In this document: piece after piece, positions 39,549-54,098 of the stretch
How positions within the stretch are numbered: the stretch's first letter is position 1
Layout of the letters: each line of letters starts with the position of its first letter
Origin: Octopus vulgaris
Lineage: Eukaryota
Assembly (NCBI GenBank): GCA_951406725.2
Contig: OX597833.1
Span: 43,152,001 to 43,216,000 of the forward strand
Direction: 5' to 3'
Length of the DNA stretch: 64,000 nt
Made by a program: the position numbers and the translations under genes
The notes under the pieces: model-generated
What the model was told of the DNA's origin: nothing
Seen by the model: the letters and a program-made list of their open reading frames with translations, nothing else
Database searches by the model: none

Positions 39549-39946
39549 GCGTCTTGCTCGCTTGCTCTCCCACTAAGAATATTTTAATATGTAACAGATT
39601 CGTTAAATCGGGTGTAAAACTGAAATAATAAAACGGAGTTAAGCAAATTATACCATTTGGAAAGCACTCACCAAGCTGTTGGCTTTGAAGCTATGTGTGT
39701 GCGTGTGTGTATGTGTGTGTGCGTGTGTGTGCGTGCTTGCGCGCGTGCTCGCGTGTGCGTGTGTGTATGTGCACGAGCGAGTGCGTGCGTGAGACTGCGC
39801 GTAAGTATATATTTATATCCAGTCATCCAACAATCCATGCATCCATGCATGCATCCATCCATCAATCCATCCATCTTATTTCTCCATCCATCCATCTATC
39901 CATCCATACGTATGTATATTATATATATATATGTGTATATATATAC

Positions 39947-40042
<96 letters not shown>

Positions 40043-40045
<3 letters not shown>

Positions 40046-40250
40046 GTTAATCCAAACAAGAAAACACAGAAAAAAAACACAGCAACGCGAGGACGTGGAA
40101 CAATTAAAGTATTATTTGACGCTCAGGAAAGAAAGGAAGGAAGGTTTAACGTTTCGAGCGGAGCTCTTCGTCGGAAACAAAGGAGAAGGAAAGATCCCGA
40201 GAAGGGAAGACAGAGGAAAAAAATATTTTTGCTGGTGGTGCTCTGGGATG
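40043..40250 (-). mobile_element. PLE pseudo-LTR fragment with minimal hammerhead (40144-40178)
   Basis: Hammerhead identical to 8494-8528; embedded between (TA)n tracts. Confidence 0.72.
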
Positions 40251-40260
40251 TTAATAAACG

Positions 40261-40324
<64 letters not shown>

Positions 40325-41294
40325 GTATGTATGTATATGTATATATATATCAACATCATCAAAAAGTTCAGAAAGTGATCCAAGTGGTGTAAGCTTCGTA
40401 CTATTCACTTATCATACCTATTACACATAAACACACACATACGTATTTCTTTCATTGGATTTTCCAAATTCCAACAGATATAAAAAAAAAACCTCAGACA
40501 GAGAGCAAGAAAATTAACTTGAGAGGGAGGGTAGCATAAAGGAGATGGGGATTGAAGACATTAGAGAGAGGCAGACAGAGAGTAAGAGAGAGGCTTAGAT
40601 ATTCAAAATATCATTGAAGTCATCACTACATACTTGCTTGGTACGGGTGTAGAGTCATTATAGTGTAAGAGATTACCAGCGAGAAGCTTGTGTATGGATT
40701 TTATGCATAGGTGCATATGTAGATTTGTACATGCATCACATACACTAGCTTGTACGCATGCAAGAAGATACACAGTTACATACACACTTAATAACACACA
40801 CACATACATAAAAACAAACAAACAAGCAAACATATATAAAGTGGTACATTTTATAGGAATTTAAGTATGGGTTTATACCAGAACAATCATTAACACTATT
40901 ACAAACGTAACAATGCATATATCTGTATTTTCTATACAGGGGTATTTCCATATATGTAAACATGTTTTATACACACAACGCGCGTGCATATACATATATC
41001 ATCGTGGTGTTCCAGCATAACTGCAGCCTATAGTTGGAATAGCTAATGCAGAATAGTGTATATTTTCTTCATTATCACTTTTTGTATTTGACATTTATAA
41101 AAAAAGATGTCAAAAAAATATAAATAGCTTGATCATTAGAGGCAAATATGCAACATAATGTAACACATACAGGCGTACTTTTGGCCAGTAAATGACATGT
41201 GCGGAGGCATTTTAATTTTATGTATATATGCATACATATACATATACATACATACATATATATAAATAAATATATATATATATATATATATATA

Positions 41295-41684
41295 GGCGCA
41301 GGAGTGGCTGTATGGTAAGTAGCTTGTTTACCAACCACATGGTTCCGGGTTCAGTCCCACTGCGTGGCACCTTGGGCAAGTGTCTTCTACTATAGCCTCG
41401 GGCCGACCAAAGCCTTGTGAGTGGATTTGGTAGACGGAAACTGAAAGAAACCCGTCGTATATATGTATATATATATATATACGTGTGTGTGTTTGTGTGT
41501 CTGTGTTTGTCCCCCTAGCATTGCTTGACAACCGATGCTGGTGTGTTTATGTCCCCGATAGAATGAGACCGATAGAATAAGTACTGGGCTTGCAAAAGAA
41601 TAAGTCCCGGGGTCGAGTTGCTCGATTAAAGGGAGGTGCTCCAGCATGGCCGCAGTCAAATGACTGAAACAAGTAAAAGAGAGA

Positions 41685-41686
<2 letters not shown>
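41295..41686 (+). mobile_element. SINE family A (tRNA head, CORE-like gcaccttgggcaagtgtctt, internal microsatellite), near full length
   Basis: ggcgcaggagtggctgtatggtaag..gggttcagtcccac..tgactgaaacaagtaaaagag; well over ten related copies in the window. Confidence 0.92.
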
Positions 41687-41732
<46 letters not shown>

Positions 41733-41734
<2 letters not shown>

Positions 41735-42041
41735 TGAGATCCCCTTCGGTCATGACTGAGCATGGGATTGCACCTAGAAAGTTACCCTCCCAGGTACAAG
41801 TCCGGGCAAGGTTGTTTATGGACATGCATACCGGCTTCCCCTCTCCACGCCATCCAATATTATCCAAGGGAAAGGCAAAGGCCGATACAGTTTGGCACCT
41901 GTGACGTCGCAACTCATTTCTACAGCTGAGTGAACTGGAACAACGAGAAATAAAGTGCCTTGCTGAAGAACGCAACACGCAGCCCGGTCCGGGATTCGAA
42001 CTCACAACCTCATGATCGTAAGCTCGATGCTCTAAACACAC

Positions 42042-42042
<1 letters not shown>
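41733..42042 (-). mobile_element. SINE family C
   Basis: Minus-strand B box gagttcgaatccc; body homologous to 2286-2600. Confidence 0.85.
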
Positions 42043-42103
<61 letters not shown>

Positions 42104-42109
42104 GTGTGT

Positions 42110-43190
42110 TTATTTGTAAGTAGTTAGGTAGGTATCGTTTAATATACACAAGATATAAATTCGAGCTACTATAAGTCTATAGGTCTCATGCTCTGATAGT
42201 ACAATATATGAACTATCTTGTATAGAGTGCCTTGTACTATCATGCGATCTTCCCGGCTCAAAATACAATATAGCTGCTCTCTGAAAAAAAGTATGCAATA
42301 GTTGGTGTAATTAATTCAATAGGGGAAGCGTTAAAGTATATTAGACTGTATGTCTAATCCGAAGAGTGCAGTGCTCTCCACTTCAATAACAGAAACTTGT
42401 CGAGATGCATGTATTTAGTATAAATTTAGTAACAAAGTTTCCGTTGGTCGTTCGAGTTCTGATATTTAAAGAGCATGAGGTTTTCGTCCATACAAAGTCA
42501 GCACTTCCTTGACCCATCAACGTATGGCATGGACCGTTCTACGATGCTCCCCTTTCTTGATGTGTAGGGCATTGTTGGCCTTTAGGTCTCAGATATGGCT
42601 ACCTAACTTAATGATTTTCTTCTTGTCTACGCTTAAAAAGTAGACTAATGGTTGACTTATCTTTTTATATGACCAATGTATATTTTCCTTTTCAGTTTTG
42701 TTATTTTGTAGAACGAAAGTGACCTCTGCGTCGTACACTAGTGAGCTAACCATGCATATCTGGTCGAATGGGTACGTGCCTGGCTCTCTGTATTACATTT
42801 TAGAGCTTGCGTCTGCTATGACTTATGTGCAATAGCATTTTCCATGTTGGGGTAGCAGCTGTAAGAAACTTTTACTGAAAGTCTACAAAAAATTGTTATA
42901 ACTATGGATATCCGGAAAATGCCTGTCTATCAAGGAAAATATTTTTTTCACTTATGTTTGCCTTAACATTCAAGCACAAAGGAGGGGTGAAGCAGATAAT
43001 CTTCCATGGTCTAATTTTAGGCTTCGTACTTTTTATAGTAGGGGTGAAAGCTCTCTTCTATTTGAAGCCATTATTACCCAGGTCATTATTATAGTAAGAG
43101 GCTGCCTTATCGACTATTTCCTTAAAGTAGGAGAGAGAAGACTTTCTATTATTAATATTGGCTATAAGATTTTTAACGGACCGACGGGAT
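42110..43190 (-). mobile_element. Decayed Penelope-like element: RT thumb/linker, C-terminal GIY-YIG endonuclease and 3' pseudo-LTR
   Basis: Minus strand with frameshifts: KIICFTPPLCLNVKANIS, LIDRHFP, VKVSYSCYPNM, SLVYDAEVT..KIYIG, SIVERSMPYVDGSRKC*LCMDE; hammerhead-like fold at 42163-42259. Confidence 0.85.
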
Positions 43191-43471
43191 ACAACGCTAT
43201 TTTCCGTTTATTCTCGTTTCTTTTTCCGTTTATATTTTTCTCTCGATCTTTCTCTTTCTTTCTCACAGAGCACCCCTGCTGTATTTTTGATCGTGAAAGA
43301 TATCGCGAAAGCGCAGGTCACGCTAAACAAGATCGTCCAACTAATTGTAGTATCAGAGCTCAAAAATTATAGTAGCTCGCATTTAAATCCTGCATATTTT
43401 TTATATGGCATTTATCTCACGTTGAGGGAGTATACCTTTTCTTGATGATCACACCAATAGTGGAACAATAC

Positions 43472-43511
<40 letters not shown>

Positions 43512-43527
43512 TATATACATATATATA

Positions 43528-43617
<90 letters not shown>

Positions 43618-43622
43618 CATGC

Positions 43623-43659
<37 letters not shown>

Positions 43660-43663
<4 letters not shown>

Positions 43664-43860
43664 GGGAGAATTCACAAAAAAACAACAAAAGAAGACAGGT
43701 GGTGTAGACAACAAACAGATGTATTAGCATAACACTCGGGAAGTGAAAAAGTCTTTAACATTTCGAGCCTACGCTCTTCCACAGAAAGGAACTCAGAAAG
43801 AAACAAGGAGAGAAAATAAAGAATGTGTAGTGGCTAGCGATCTATCATGGCGAAAGCCAT
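43660..43860 (-). mobile_element. PLE pseudo-LTR fragment with hammerhead-like motif (43753-43788)
   Basis: Minus strand: CUUU-CUGUGGA-a GAGC GUAG GCUC-GAAAUGUU-AAAG; (TA)n flanks. Confidence 0.6.
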
Positions 43861-44416
43861 ATATATGTGTGTGTGTGCGCGCGCGCGCATATATGTGAGT
43901 GTGTGAATACACACACAAATACACACAAACACACGCACACATACACACACTCACTCACACACACACACATAGAACTTGAAATGCAGCGGATATAGAGTCA
44001 GTATAACGTTTAAATAGTAGCCGTTCAATGAATTTTGCGACATTTTATTCCTTTACATTTTGTTTCATAATTGATAATTCTAGTTTTAGTTTGAGCATCG
44101 GCTGCCTTGAGTACAGGCTGCCTAGATTCGACATCCTTCCCCCTCACACACACGCACACACACATACACACACACACACACACACACATTCTTGCATATA
44201 TATTTTAAAGGATTCCAGATTTATATATAAAACAGTATATAGGTGTGAATGTGTCTATGAGGAATAGGGGTGAGAGAGAGAAGGAATTAAAGAAAGAAAG
44301 AAAGAAAGAAAGAAAGCTAAAAATATTTATGTATTTGTGTATACATGCATGTATGCAAGTATGTATATGATGTAAGCCGCTGTGTGTGCATGTGCGCCTC
44401 TGTGCGTATGTGTGTG

Positions 44417-44452
<36 letters not shown>

Positions 44453-44919
44453 CGCTTGTACTGCTTCCCCTATTTCGTATTTTATTGGACACACGTTTTT
44501 CGAACTTCCGATGCAAACACCCCAAGCGACAACAGCACATTTGTTCTCCGGCATTCAATCCTAACACATAAAAACCTTTCCTGCATACCAACTAAAGCAT
44601 TCCCCCACCACCACCACCACCCTTTACTAAATCTCTACTTTGTAACCCCTTGCACCTCCATTACTGTGTAATGTGATGTAATGTAATGTAGCGTAATGTA
44701 ATGTTAAAAAAAAAAAGAACACATAATTACAAAAGATATAGTATGCTAGCTTGGATGGTTGATATAAACAGCAAAATGGCCGTTGTAAGGCCATTGCTCT
44801 GAGATGGTATTTGATGTTAGTGAAATACTACATAGGATCTCCTAGCTAAAGCTGTACATTCTACAGAACAGGGCAACCATTGTACCAGCAACTTTATGTA
44901 TATTTGTGTGTTTATGTCA

Positions 44920-44974
<55 letters not shown>

Positions 44975-45254
44975 TATACATATATATGCATACACACACA
45001 TATATACATACATATATATACATACATACGCATACACACGCACACAGACATCTCAAAAGTAGAGAGCCCTTATTTTATTAACATACGAATATATGTAAAT
45101 ACGTATAAGCATATATGTATATTGATATATGTGTACGTGTCTCTCTCTATATGTATGTATACGTATATATACATTTATATATATACATAGGTATCTATAT
45201 ATACATATATATCATGTGGGATGCCTATTTGATTTTGAGATTTCTGTAAACATG

Positions 45255-45337
<83 letters not shown>

Positions 45338-45592
45338 GTACGTATATCATATACATATATGAGTGTATATACATGTTTGAGTGTATATGTTTATGTTCTT
45401 GTCTATGTAAATGTGTGTATACTCTTTTACTCTTTTACTTGTTTCAGCCATCCGGCTGAGGCCATATATATATATATATATATATATGCATTTTATAAAT
45501 GTAGGTCTCTCTTTATCCCCTCTTACACTTTCTTTCATTGCCTCCCACGCCTTATCTTTCTCCCTCCATCACTCTCTCTTCCTCTCTCTCTT

Positions 45593-45653
<61 letters not shown>

Positions 45654-46159
45654 CTTTGTGGATACTGAATGCCAGGCAGTATTTAATTAGTTTCCTCCAT
45701 TTACTCTCCGCGTTCGATCCCGCGAAGGTCAACTTCGCTTTTCATGTTTCTAAAGTCGATAAAATTAAGTATCATACAAGTCCTGGAATCGATTCTATCG
45801 ATCATGCCTCCCATCGAAAATGCGTCACTTTGCGTTATCACTAAGGGTCAGTATGTAAAATATTTTCACAACAATGCATCTTTATTTCCGCTTTTATATA
45901 AATGGGATTATATTGTCCAGTATCATCTTCGTTTTTCTAAAAGGTAGTGACTACTTAGAACTTCCTTCCTTTTCTCAGGCTGGCGTGCTATGTGTTGACT
46001 TGCTCTCAGAGTCCCCACTCCCTCACGCATAATAGGGTCAAAATGTGGTGTACATATATGTATACAGGCATACACACATGCACACATAGTTACATACGTA
46101 CCTAAACGCTTACATACATACATACACACATACATATGTATGTGTCTGTGTATATATAT

Positions 46160-46399
46160 GCTCTTTTACTCTTTTACTTGTTTCAGTCATTTGACTGTGG
46201 CCATTTTGGAGCAGCGCCTTTAGTCGAGCAAATCGACCCCATGTCTTATTTTTTGTAAGCTTAGTACTTATTCTATCGGTCTCTTTTGCCGAACCGCTAA
46301 TTTACGGGGACGTAAACACACCAGCCTCGGTTGTCAAGCGATGTTGGGGGGCAAACACAGACACACAAACATATACACACACATACATACATACATACA

Positions 46400-46446
<47 letters not shown>

Positions 46447-46580
46447 CTATACATATATACGACGGGCTTCTTTCAGTTTCCGTCTACCAAATCCACTCAC
46501 AAGGCTTTGGTCGGCCCGAGGTTATAGTAGAAGAACCCGGAACCGTGTGGTTGGTAAGCAAGCTACTTACCACACAGCCT
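46160..46580 (-). mobile_element. SINE family A
   Basis: Reverse complement of the family A consensus with a deletion in the head. Confidence 0.9.
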
Positions 46581-46769
46581 CTCATATATGTATATATATA
46601 TGTATATATACTTTATTATTAAAGCTGTAAAATCATCAGAAAAATATCACCATCATTGTGATGATTTTCCAGTTTTAATAATAATAAAGCACTTACACTA
46701 CCTCCGGTATTCGAGTACTTTTTTTCCCACCGTGTTTCACATTTTAGTGTGCTTACTCTGGTATATATA

Positions 46770-46804
<35 letters not shown>

Positions 46805-46977
46805 GCATAAATATTTACCCCCATTTAAACGTAGATGTTCTGCTAGAAGAAAAAATACTGTAGTTGTCACCATGAGAGAAACTCTCATATTGGATTTTAG
46901 TGCAAAATGTACGCCACCTACAGTGCTGAGAGGACCAGATCACATAATTTCGACCTTCCTTGGTCTTGTAAATGATT

Positions 46978-47015
<38 letters not shown>

Positions 47016-47379
47016 AGGCAAATCGACTAACGAGGAACTATACAGTCTGCTAGAAATTGTAGTCATAAATATAGCTTTGGGTGGATCAAAACTTTACTAC
47101 TTTTCTTTTTTTATATACAATAAGGAGCCGATATGATTTAATGAAGAGATATAAAGGGGAAGAATAGAATTCAGTACACAAAAGTAGAGCATATATCTTA
47201 CTTATTTAGCTTTAAATCTACATAATCGACTTTAGAAACGCGAGTTTCGTGTGCTGCACTAACCAGCTGTTTCATAGGCGTAACTCGCAAAACACTAGGC
47301 CTTCGGTCACGTCGTTCTACAGCTTAACAAATTGTATATATATATATACATTTAATCCCAACATATTTATCTCGCGCTC

Positions 47380-47535
47380 CCTCTCTCCCTCCATTTTTTA
47401 CCTCTAAAACCCTTTCTGTCGAAGAGCTTAGGCTCGAAACGTCAATGACTTTTCCATTCTCCCCGAGCGTCAACCTAATATACCTATTTGTTCCCTCACC
47501 TGACTTTGTATTTTTTTTGTGTAAATTTGAACTCT
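47380..47535 (+). mobile_element. PLE pseudo-LTR fragment with hammerhead-like motif (47412-47447)
   Basis: CUUU-CUGUCGA-a GAGC UUAG GCUC-GAAACGUC-AAUG; homologous to the reverse complement of 43660-43790. Confidence 0.62.
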
Positions 47536-47536
47536 C

Positions 47537-47601
<65 letters not shown>

Positions 47602-47808
47602 GGTCTTTTATAAATTCGACCAGAAGAGATAAATACAGTAAATAGCAACTATAAAAATAAGTAATGGAGTCGAATTGATCAGCTAAACCCTTCAATTTGT
47701 TGCCTAAATAAAACTGCAGTCTAATGAATGAAACCATTAAAAAACAATAAAGAACTAAAAAGTACACACGCACACATACACGAACGCACACGCGCACACA
47801 CACACATG

Positions 47809-47887
<79 letters not shown>

Positions 47888-48234
47888 ATGCATACAGGTC
47901 TATCCGTGACCCGTTGGGTCAGTTGGAAAGTTTGAGTTTCCCAGCAACGGAGTTTTGTTTCTTGGGTTCTTTTTCTTTTCCGGGTTATTTCGCATGTTTT
48001 GAACGAATGTGACATCGAAATCATGCGTTAACGGTTCCTTTCCCCGGAATAGGAAAGATTTGGTTGGCCGCTATTTCTTGTACGCGCTGCTACCACGTAA
48101 CAAGTATTTCGGCTCAATTATTGCAAATAGCCATTACGTAGTAGTAGGGCATGCTAGAAATAACAGCTAAATCTTTGGAGCTGAGATACATTGAATGCAC
48201 TCGAAAAAGCCTATGGAAAAACTTATTTCACTCC

Positions 48235-48568
48235 GAGGTTACGAACGGGTCTTTTACGGTATATTTACCGTATTTTAATAGTCATTTTCACAATAAAATA
48301 TCTTTTAAACATGCCAAAAGATTTTTGTAATGGTATTCACTTGAAAATAATATTTAAAAATTTTAAATATTGTGTTTAAAGAAAGCTAAAATATAAATAT
48401 GAGGTTACGAACGGGTCTTTTACGGTATATTTACCGTATTTTAATAGTCATTTTCACATTAAAATATCTTTTAAACATGCCAAAAGATTTTTGTAATGGT
48501 ATTCACTTGAAAATAATATTTAAAAAGTTTAAATATTATCTGTTTAAAGAAAGCTAAATTATAAATAT
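48235..48568. repeat. Near-perfect ~166-bp tandem duplication
   Basis: gaggttacgaacgggtc...ataaatat at 48235-48400 and 48401-48568. Confidence 0.95.
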
Positions 48569-48732
48569 TTACTATACAAACAAATATCACAAAACCTCAT
48601 ACTGTACTGCACAACGTAAGTATGAGAATATATATGTAAAAGAAATTAAAATAAAATATACTATTTCGGAACAAGCATCTTCTAGTATTATTAAGTGTGC
48701 AGATATATACATACATACATATATATATAATA

Positions 48733-49486
<754 letters not shown>

Positions 49487-50086
49487 CAAGTTTATATTAT
49501 ATCTGAGCAAAGGTTAACATGATTAATCATGGAACAATTTGAATCATGGAACAAGTGAATAAAGACTGACTATGGTTAAACAACACTCAATAGTACAGAC
49601 CCAACAAGAGCTCATAAAGAAACCTCGATAACATTACTCGACTTTTCACATATAACACTTAAATTCCCCTCAAATGTATAGACCAGAAAACCAGGGCATA
49701 AAGGATTATAGAGTCTTAGAAATGCTATATCCATGTGAAACATATGATGGTTACGGATATATTTCCTTTAATCATAGATCGACTAAATCAGTACAGACCA
49801 AAGTGTAACAAAATAGCAACATGAAGTTGTAAAGATAAGATTTGGATGTGATAACAAACACCTGACTTGACATGTGAATGAAAGACAGCCAAGAGGAATT
49901 CTTACATGTCTTGAATCTAACAAACCACGCAAGAATTCACATAATTAATAATGTTTTGGGCAAGAAAAACACAAGGCACTTAATGTATGTGTGTGTATGG
50001 GTATGTATATGGGTGTGCACGTTTTTGTGTATGTATGTGCGTGTGTGTTAAAATTTATTGAGAATGGTGCTTGTTTTGTTATATAT

Positions 50087-50244
50087 CTGTGTGGTAAGTA
50101 GCTTGCTAACCAACCACATGGTTCCGGGTTCAGTCCCACTGCGTGGCATCTTGGGCAAGTGTCTTCTGCTATAGCCCCGGGCCGACCAATGCCTTGTGAG
50201 TGGATTTAGTAGTCGGAAACTGAAAGAAGCCTGTCGTATATATG

Positions 50245-50283
<39 letters not shown>

Positions 50284-50478
50284 CTGTGTTTGTCCCCCTA
50301 GCATTGCTTGACGACCGATGCTGGTGTGTTTACGTCCCCGTCACTTAGCAGTTCGGGAAAAGAGACCGATAGAATAAGTACTGGGCTTACAAAGAATAAG
50401 TCCCGGGGTCGATTTGCTCGACTAAAGGCGGTGCTCCAGCATGGCCGCAATCAAATGGCTGAAACAAGTAAAAGAAAG
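50087..50478 (+). mobile_element. SINE family A, young
   Basis: Near-consensus copy. Confidence 0.92.
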
Positions 50479-51011
50479 ACTGTGGTGAAAGCAGAAACAA
50501 TTGTGACGTGCTGGGCTTTTGGGCTTTTTAGGGGTGAATTTGAAGGTTCTGTAGAGTTGTATATGAGAAGAGATTACTCAATTGAAAGAAATCATGTTTA
50601 AAATATTTCAGCGAGTTTATCATGTATTCAGCGAGTGTTACGAAATGAAATGTGTTGCTTAAAACTCTTTTTCAAATAATAGGTAGATAAATTAATACAA
50701 GAGAATGAAAGAGACTATCAATTCTTGGAACAATTTTATAGGTGGTACAATTGGGAACTTTAAAAACTATTTTAGCTTAGCAGTCTATGACATATATTTT
50801 AGGAGGAAATTATTTGTGTAAGAAAATTTGGGCTATGAAAGTAATAACTTGTAAATTAAAAAACGGATTAAACCAATCAACACGACCTTTCTTTATTTAA
50901 TGAGTGACGCACGAGTATTTGGATTATATTTTACTTCCTCAGTAAAGATACACCTTGTAAGCACTTAATCACCATAGCCTCATTAAATAATTTCTTTAAA
51001 CGTCTAAGCAT

Positions 51012-51438
51012 TACTCTTTTACTCTTTTACTCTTTTACTCTTTTACTTGTTTCAGTCATTTGACTGCGGCCATGCTGGAGCACCAACTTTTTAGTCGAGC
51101 AAATCGACACCGGGACTTATTCTTTGTAAGCCCAGTACTTATCCTATCGGTCTCTTTTGCCGAACCGCTAAGTGACGGGGACGTAAACACACCAGCATCG
51201 GTTGTCAAGCAATGCTAGGGGGACAAACACAGACACACAATCACACACACACACATATATATATATACATATATACGACAGGCTTCTTTCAGTTTCCGTC
51301 TACCAAATCCACTCACAAGGCTTTGGTCGGCCCGGGACTATAGCAGAAGACACTTGCCCAAGATGCCACGCAGTGGGACTGAACCCGCAACCATGTGGTT
51401 GGTTAGCAAGCTACTTACCACACAGCCACTCCTGCGCC
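51012..51438 (-). mobile_element. SINE family A, full length, young, (TAAAAGAG)n tail
   Basis: Near-consensus copy; four 8-nt tail units. Confidence 0.93.
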
Positions 51439-52371
51439 ATTAGAGGATAAGGAAAACATTTTCCAAGCAACATTTTAAACTAAATTGCCAATAATGCTTT
51501 TGCAAGAGTTGGAAGGTCATAGCTATATATATGTAGTTGTATAATCAGTTATAGAGGTTGGCGGTTCAAGTGTTTAATATCATCAAAGAAGTTTCCTACT
51601 TTTAAATAGGCATCAACAGCTATAAAACAAATCCCAGTCACAGGATTCCTATCGCAAAATACTCAAAAAGAACTGCATTGAACCTATCCCAATTTTCTAC
51701 ACGCTTTATTCTTATGAATATAAACCGACCACTTGTCGATTTTATGCTGTAACTTATTACTCTTTCTTTAAAATTTTTCCTCGTCGCCTTTTTCTAGCAA
51801 ATCTCAAAATGCAGTAAATATTTGACTCTACATCTTTTATTGAGTCTTTTTTCGGTTACTATTTACTTATTTTATTTTATCTAGTTTCAGCTCACGAGCT
51901 GTGGCCATGCTGGGGCACCGCCATTTACTGATTTTCTGTTTTTACATTTTAATGACGCGCTGGAACACTCACATTTATTTACCTATTTACATATACGTAT
52001 TGTGCTGGAGAAATTTAGATGCATAATAAATGAAATAGGAAATCAGGAAAGCTTCTAACATTGCTGAGATGAACGTTTAGAAATCTTTACATATTTCACG
52101 AGAAAAAGTCCTTCTTCAGAAAAGTACAGACAGAATCTACGCAGACGCACATTTCGTTGGCTGTGCTCTTCTGAAGGTGAACCTTTTCCCGTTTCGTTTA
52201 TTGTTCTACTACAATGCTTCAAACAAACTACGACATTTTTCTTAGATAAATGTGTGTGTAAATATGTAGACAGGCAGGTTTATAGACTAATAGGGAAACT
52301 CACACACAAATACAGAAATACACATATCATTATGTGTGTGTGCGTGTGTCTGCGTGTATTACTCACATATG

Positions 52372-52590
52372 ACAGAAACGTTAGCACGCCGGGCAAAATG
52401 CGTAGCCGTATTTCGTCTGCCGTTACGTTCTGAGTTCAAATTCCGCCGAGGTCGACTTTGCCTTTCATCCTTTCGGGATCGATAAATTAAGTACCAGTTA
52501 CGCACTGGGGTCGATGTAATCGACTTAATCCGTTTGTCTGTCCTTGTTTATCCCCTCTGTATTTAGCCCCTTGTCGGTAGTAAAGAAATA
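52372..52590 (+). mobile_element. SINE family B
   Basis: Near-consensus copy. Confidence 0.92.
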
Positions 52591-52599
52591 CATATATAT

Positions 52600-52637
<38 letters not shown>

Positions 52638-53028
52638 AAGAGAAAGACTGTAAGAGATACATACATAAATATCAAAAAAGTAAAAATATTACAAAATTAT
52701 AAATTCGATTCCTCAGAAACCTTACATTTGCTTTTACCGAAGTGGTGTTTCACGTAAGACGATATGAACTAATAATTAAGCCTAAATTAACCATTAATTA
52801 CTTCCTCTCTTCTGTGTTACGGTATAAATGATTTTCGATACCTTTATACAAAATAATAGAAGAATCCTTAACTTTGGAGGCGAGATGACACACGTACAAA
52901 TTCTTAAGATTAATTACATAATATGACCTTTAATTTACTTTCTGGCAACTATGAACTGTTTACGTTTACGTTTATTACTAACACAGCTCATGCATACTTG
53001 TATCCACACATACAAATATATGCAAGTA

Positions 53029-53596
53029 TAGGGTTGTCCACAAAACTTCGTGCCGATTTATAGTAGCTTAACTTTCGACTTATTTTAGAACATGGTTGAG
53101 TCCATAAAATAAGATGTGACTACACCTCCATTTAGAGCACAGTTTAAGCCATCTTTTCGTGGAAGAAGATTTATGTTCCTATAACATGTGTTAATTCTGT
53201 AACCTTTTAAAATGGAAGATAAGAAAGTTCATTTTCGGCACTTGATGCTTTGGGAACCAGACAAAAATTGCTACAGCTCGGCTGGGATGTGTTGCCCCAC
53301 CCTCCATATTCACCAGATATTGATCCTTCGGATTTCCAATTATTCAGGTCTCTGCAGAATAGTCTTAATGGTAAAAATTTCAATTCCTTGGATGACGTAA
53401 AACAGATACCCTGATGAATTCTTTGCCATGAAAACACCTCAATTCTGAGAAGAGGGTATTTTCAAGTTAAAGGAAAGATGGAGACGCATTGTGCAACAAA
53501 ATGGTTCATATTTGGTCGATTAAAAATGTAATGGCAAGTATTTATTGACCTTTTTCTTTCCCTTAAAAATCGGCACGAACTTTCCGGACAACCCAA
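53029..53596 (+). mobile_element. Internally deleted mariner element
   Basis: TIRs tagggttgtccacaaaacttcgtgccgattt / aaatcggcacgaactttccggacaacccaa, TA TSDs; MEDKKVHFRHLMLWE joined to TRQKLLQLGWDVLPHPPYSPDIDPSDFQLFRSLQNSL..ERWRRIVQQNGSY. Confidence 0.93.
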
Positions 53597-53806
53597 TATG
53601 TACGTCTGTATTTTTATACGGATGTATATACATGAATATATGTATGCATGCGACTGTAGATATCTTACAATGTGTTTGTGTATGCGGAGGTGCGTGTGTG
53701 CGTGTATATTTAGGTGTGTAGAAGCATAAAAAGTTTAACGACGATGGTTGCCTGATGACTGTACGCACAACACCCTCCCAAATATAGTGGGCGGCGAAAA
53801 TGGGTG

Positions 53807-53857
<51 letters not shown>

Positions 53858-53963
53858 GTATGTGTGTATATATATATATATATATGTATATAATATTATA
53901 TATTAAATTATATTATTATAAGATTATAAATATAACGTGAAAATCAAAGTTGGAATTTCTTTG

Positions 53964-54018
<55 letters not shown>

Positions 54019-54043
54019 CATATATATATATATATATGCCTGC

Positions 54044-54098
<55 letters not shown>

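Noticed and set aside
42480-42600. In-frame TGA codons in the PLE endonuclease, considered as selenocysteine recoding
   Set aside because: They do not replace the cysteines of the CxxC motif, and the copy has many frameshifts, so ordinary decay explains them.
53408-53440. CTGATGA...GAAA
   Set aside because: Lies within mariner coding sequence and has no stems.
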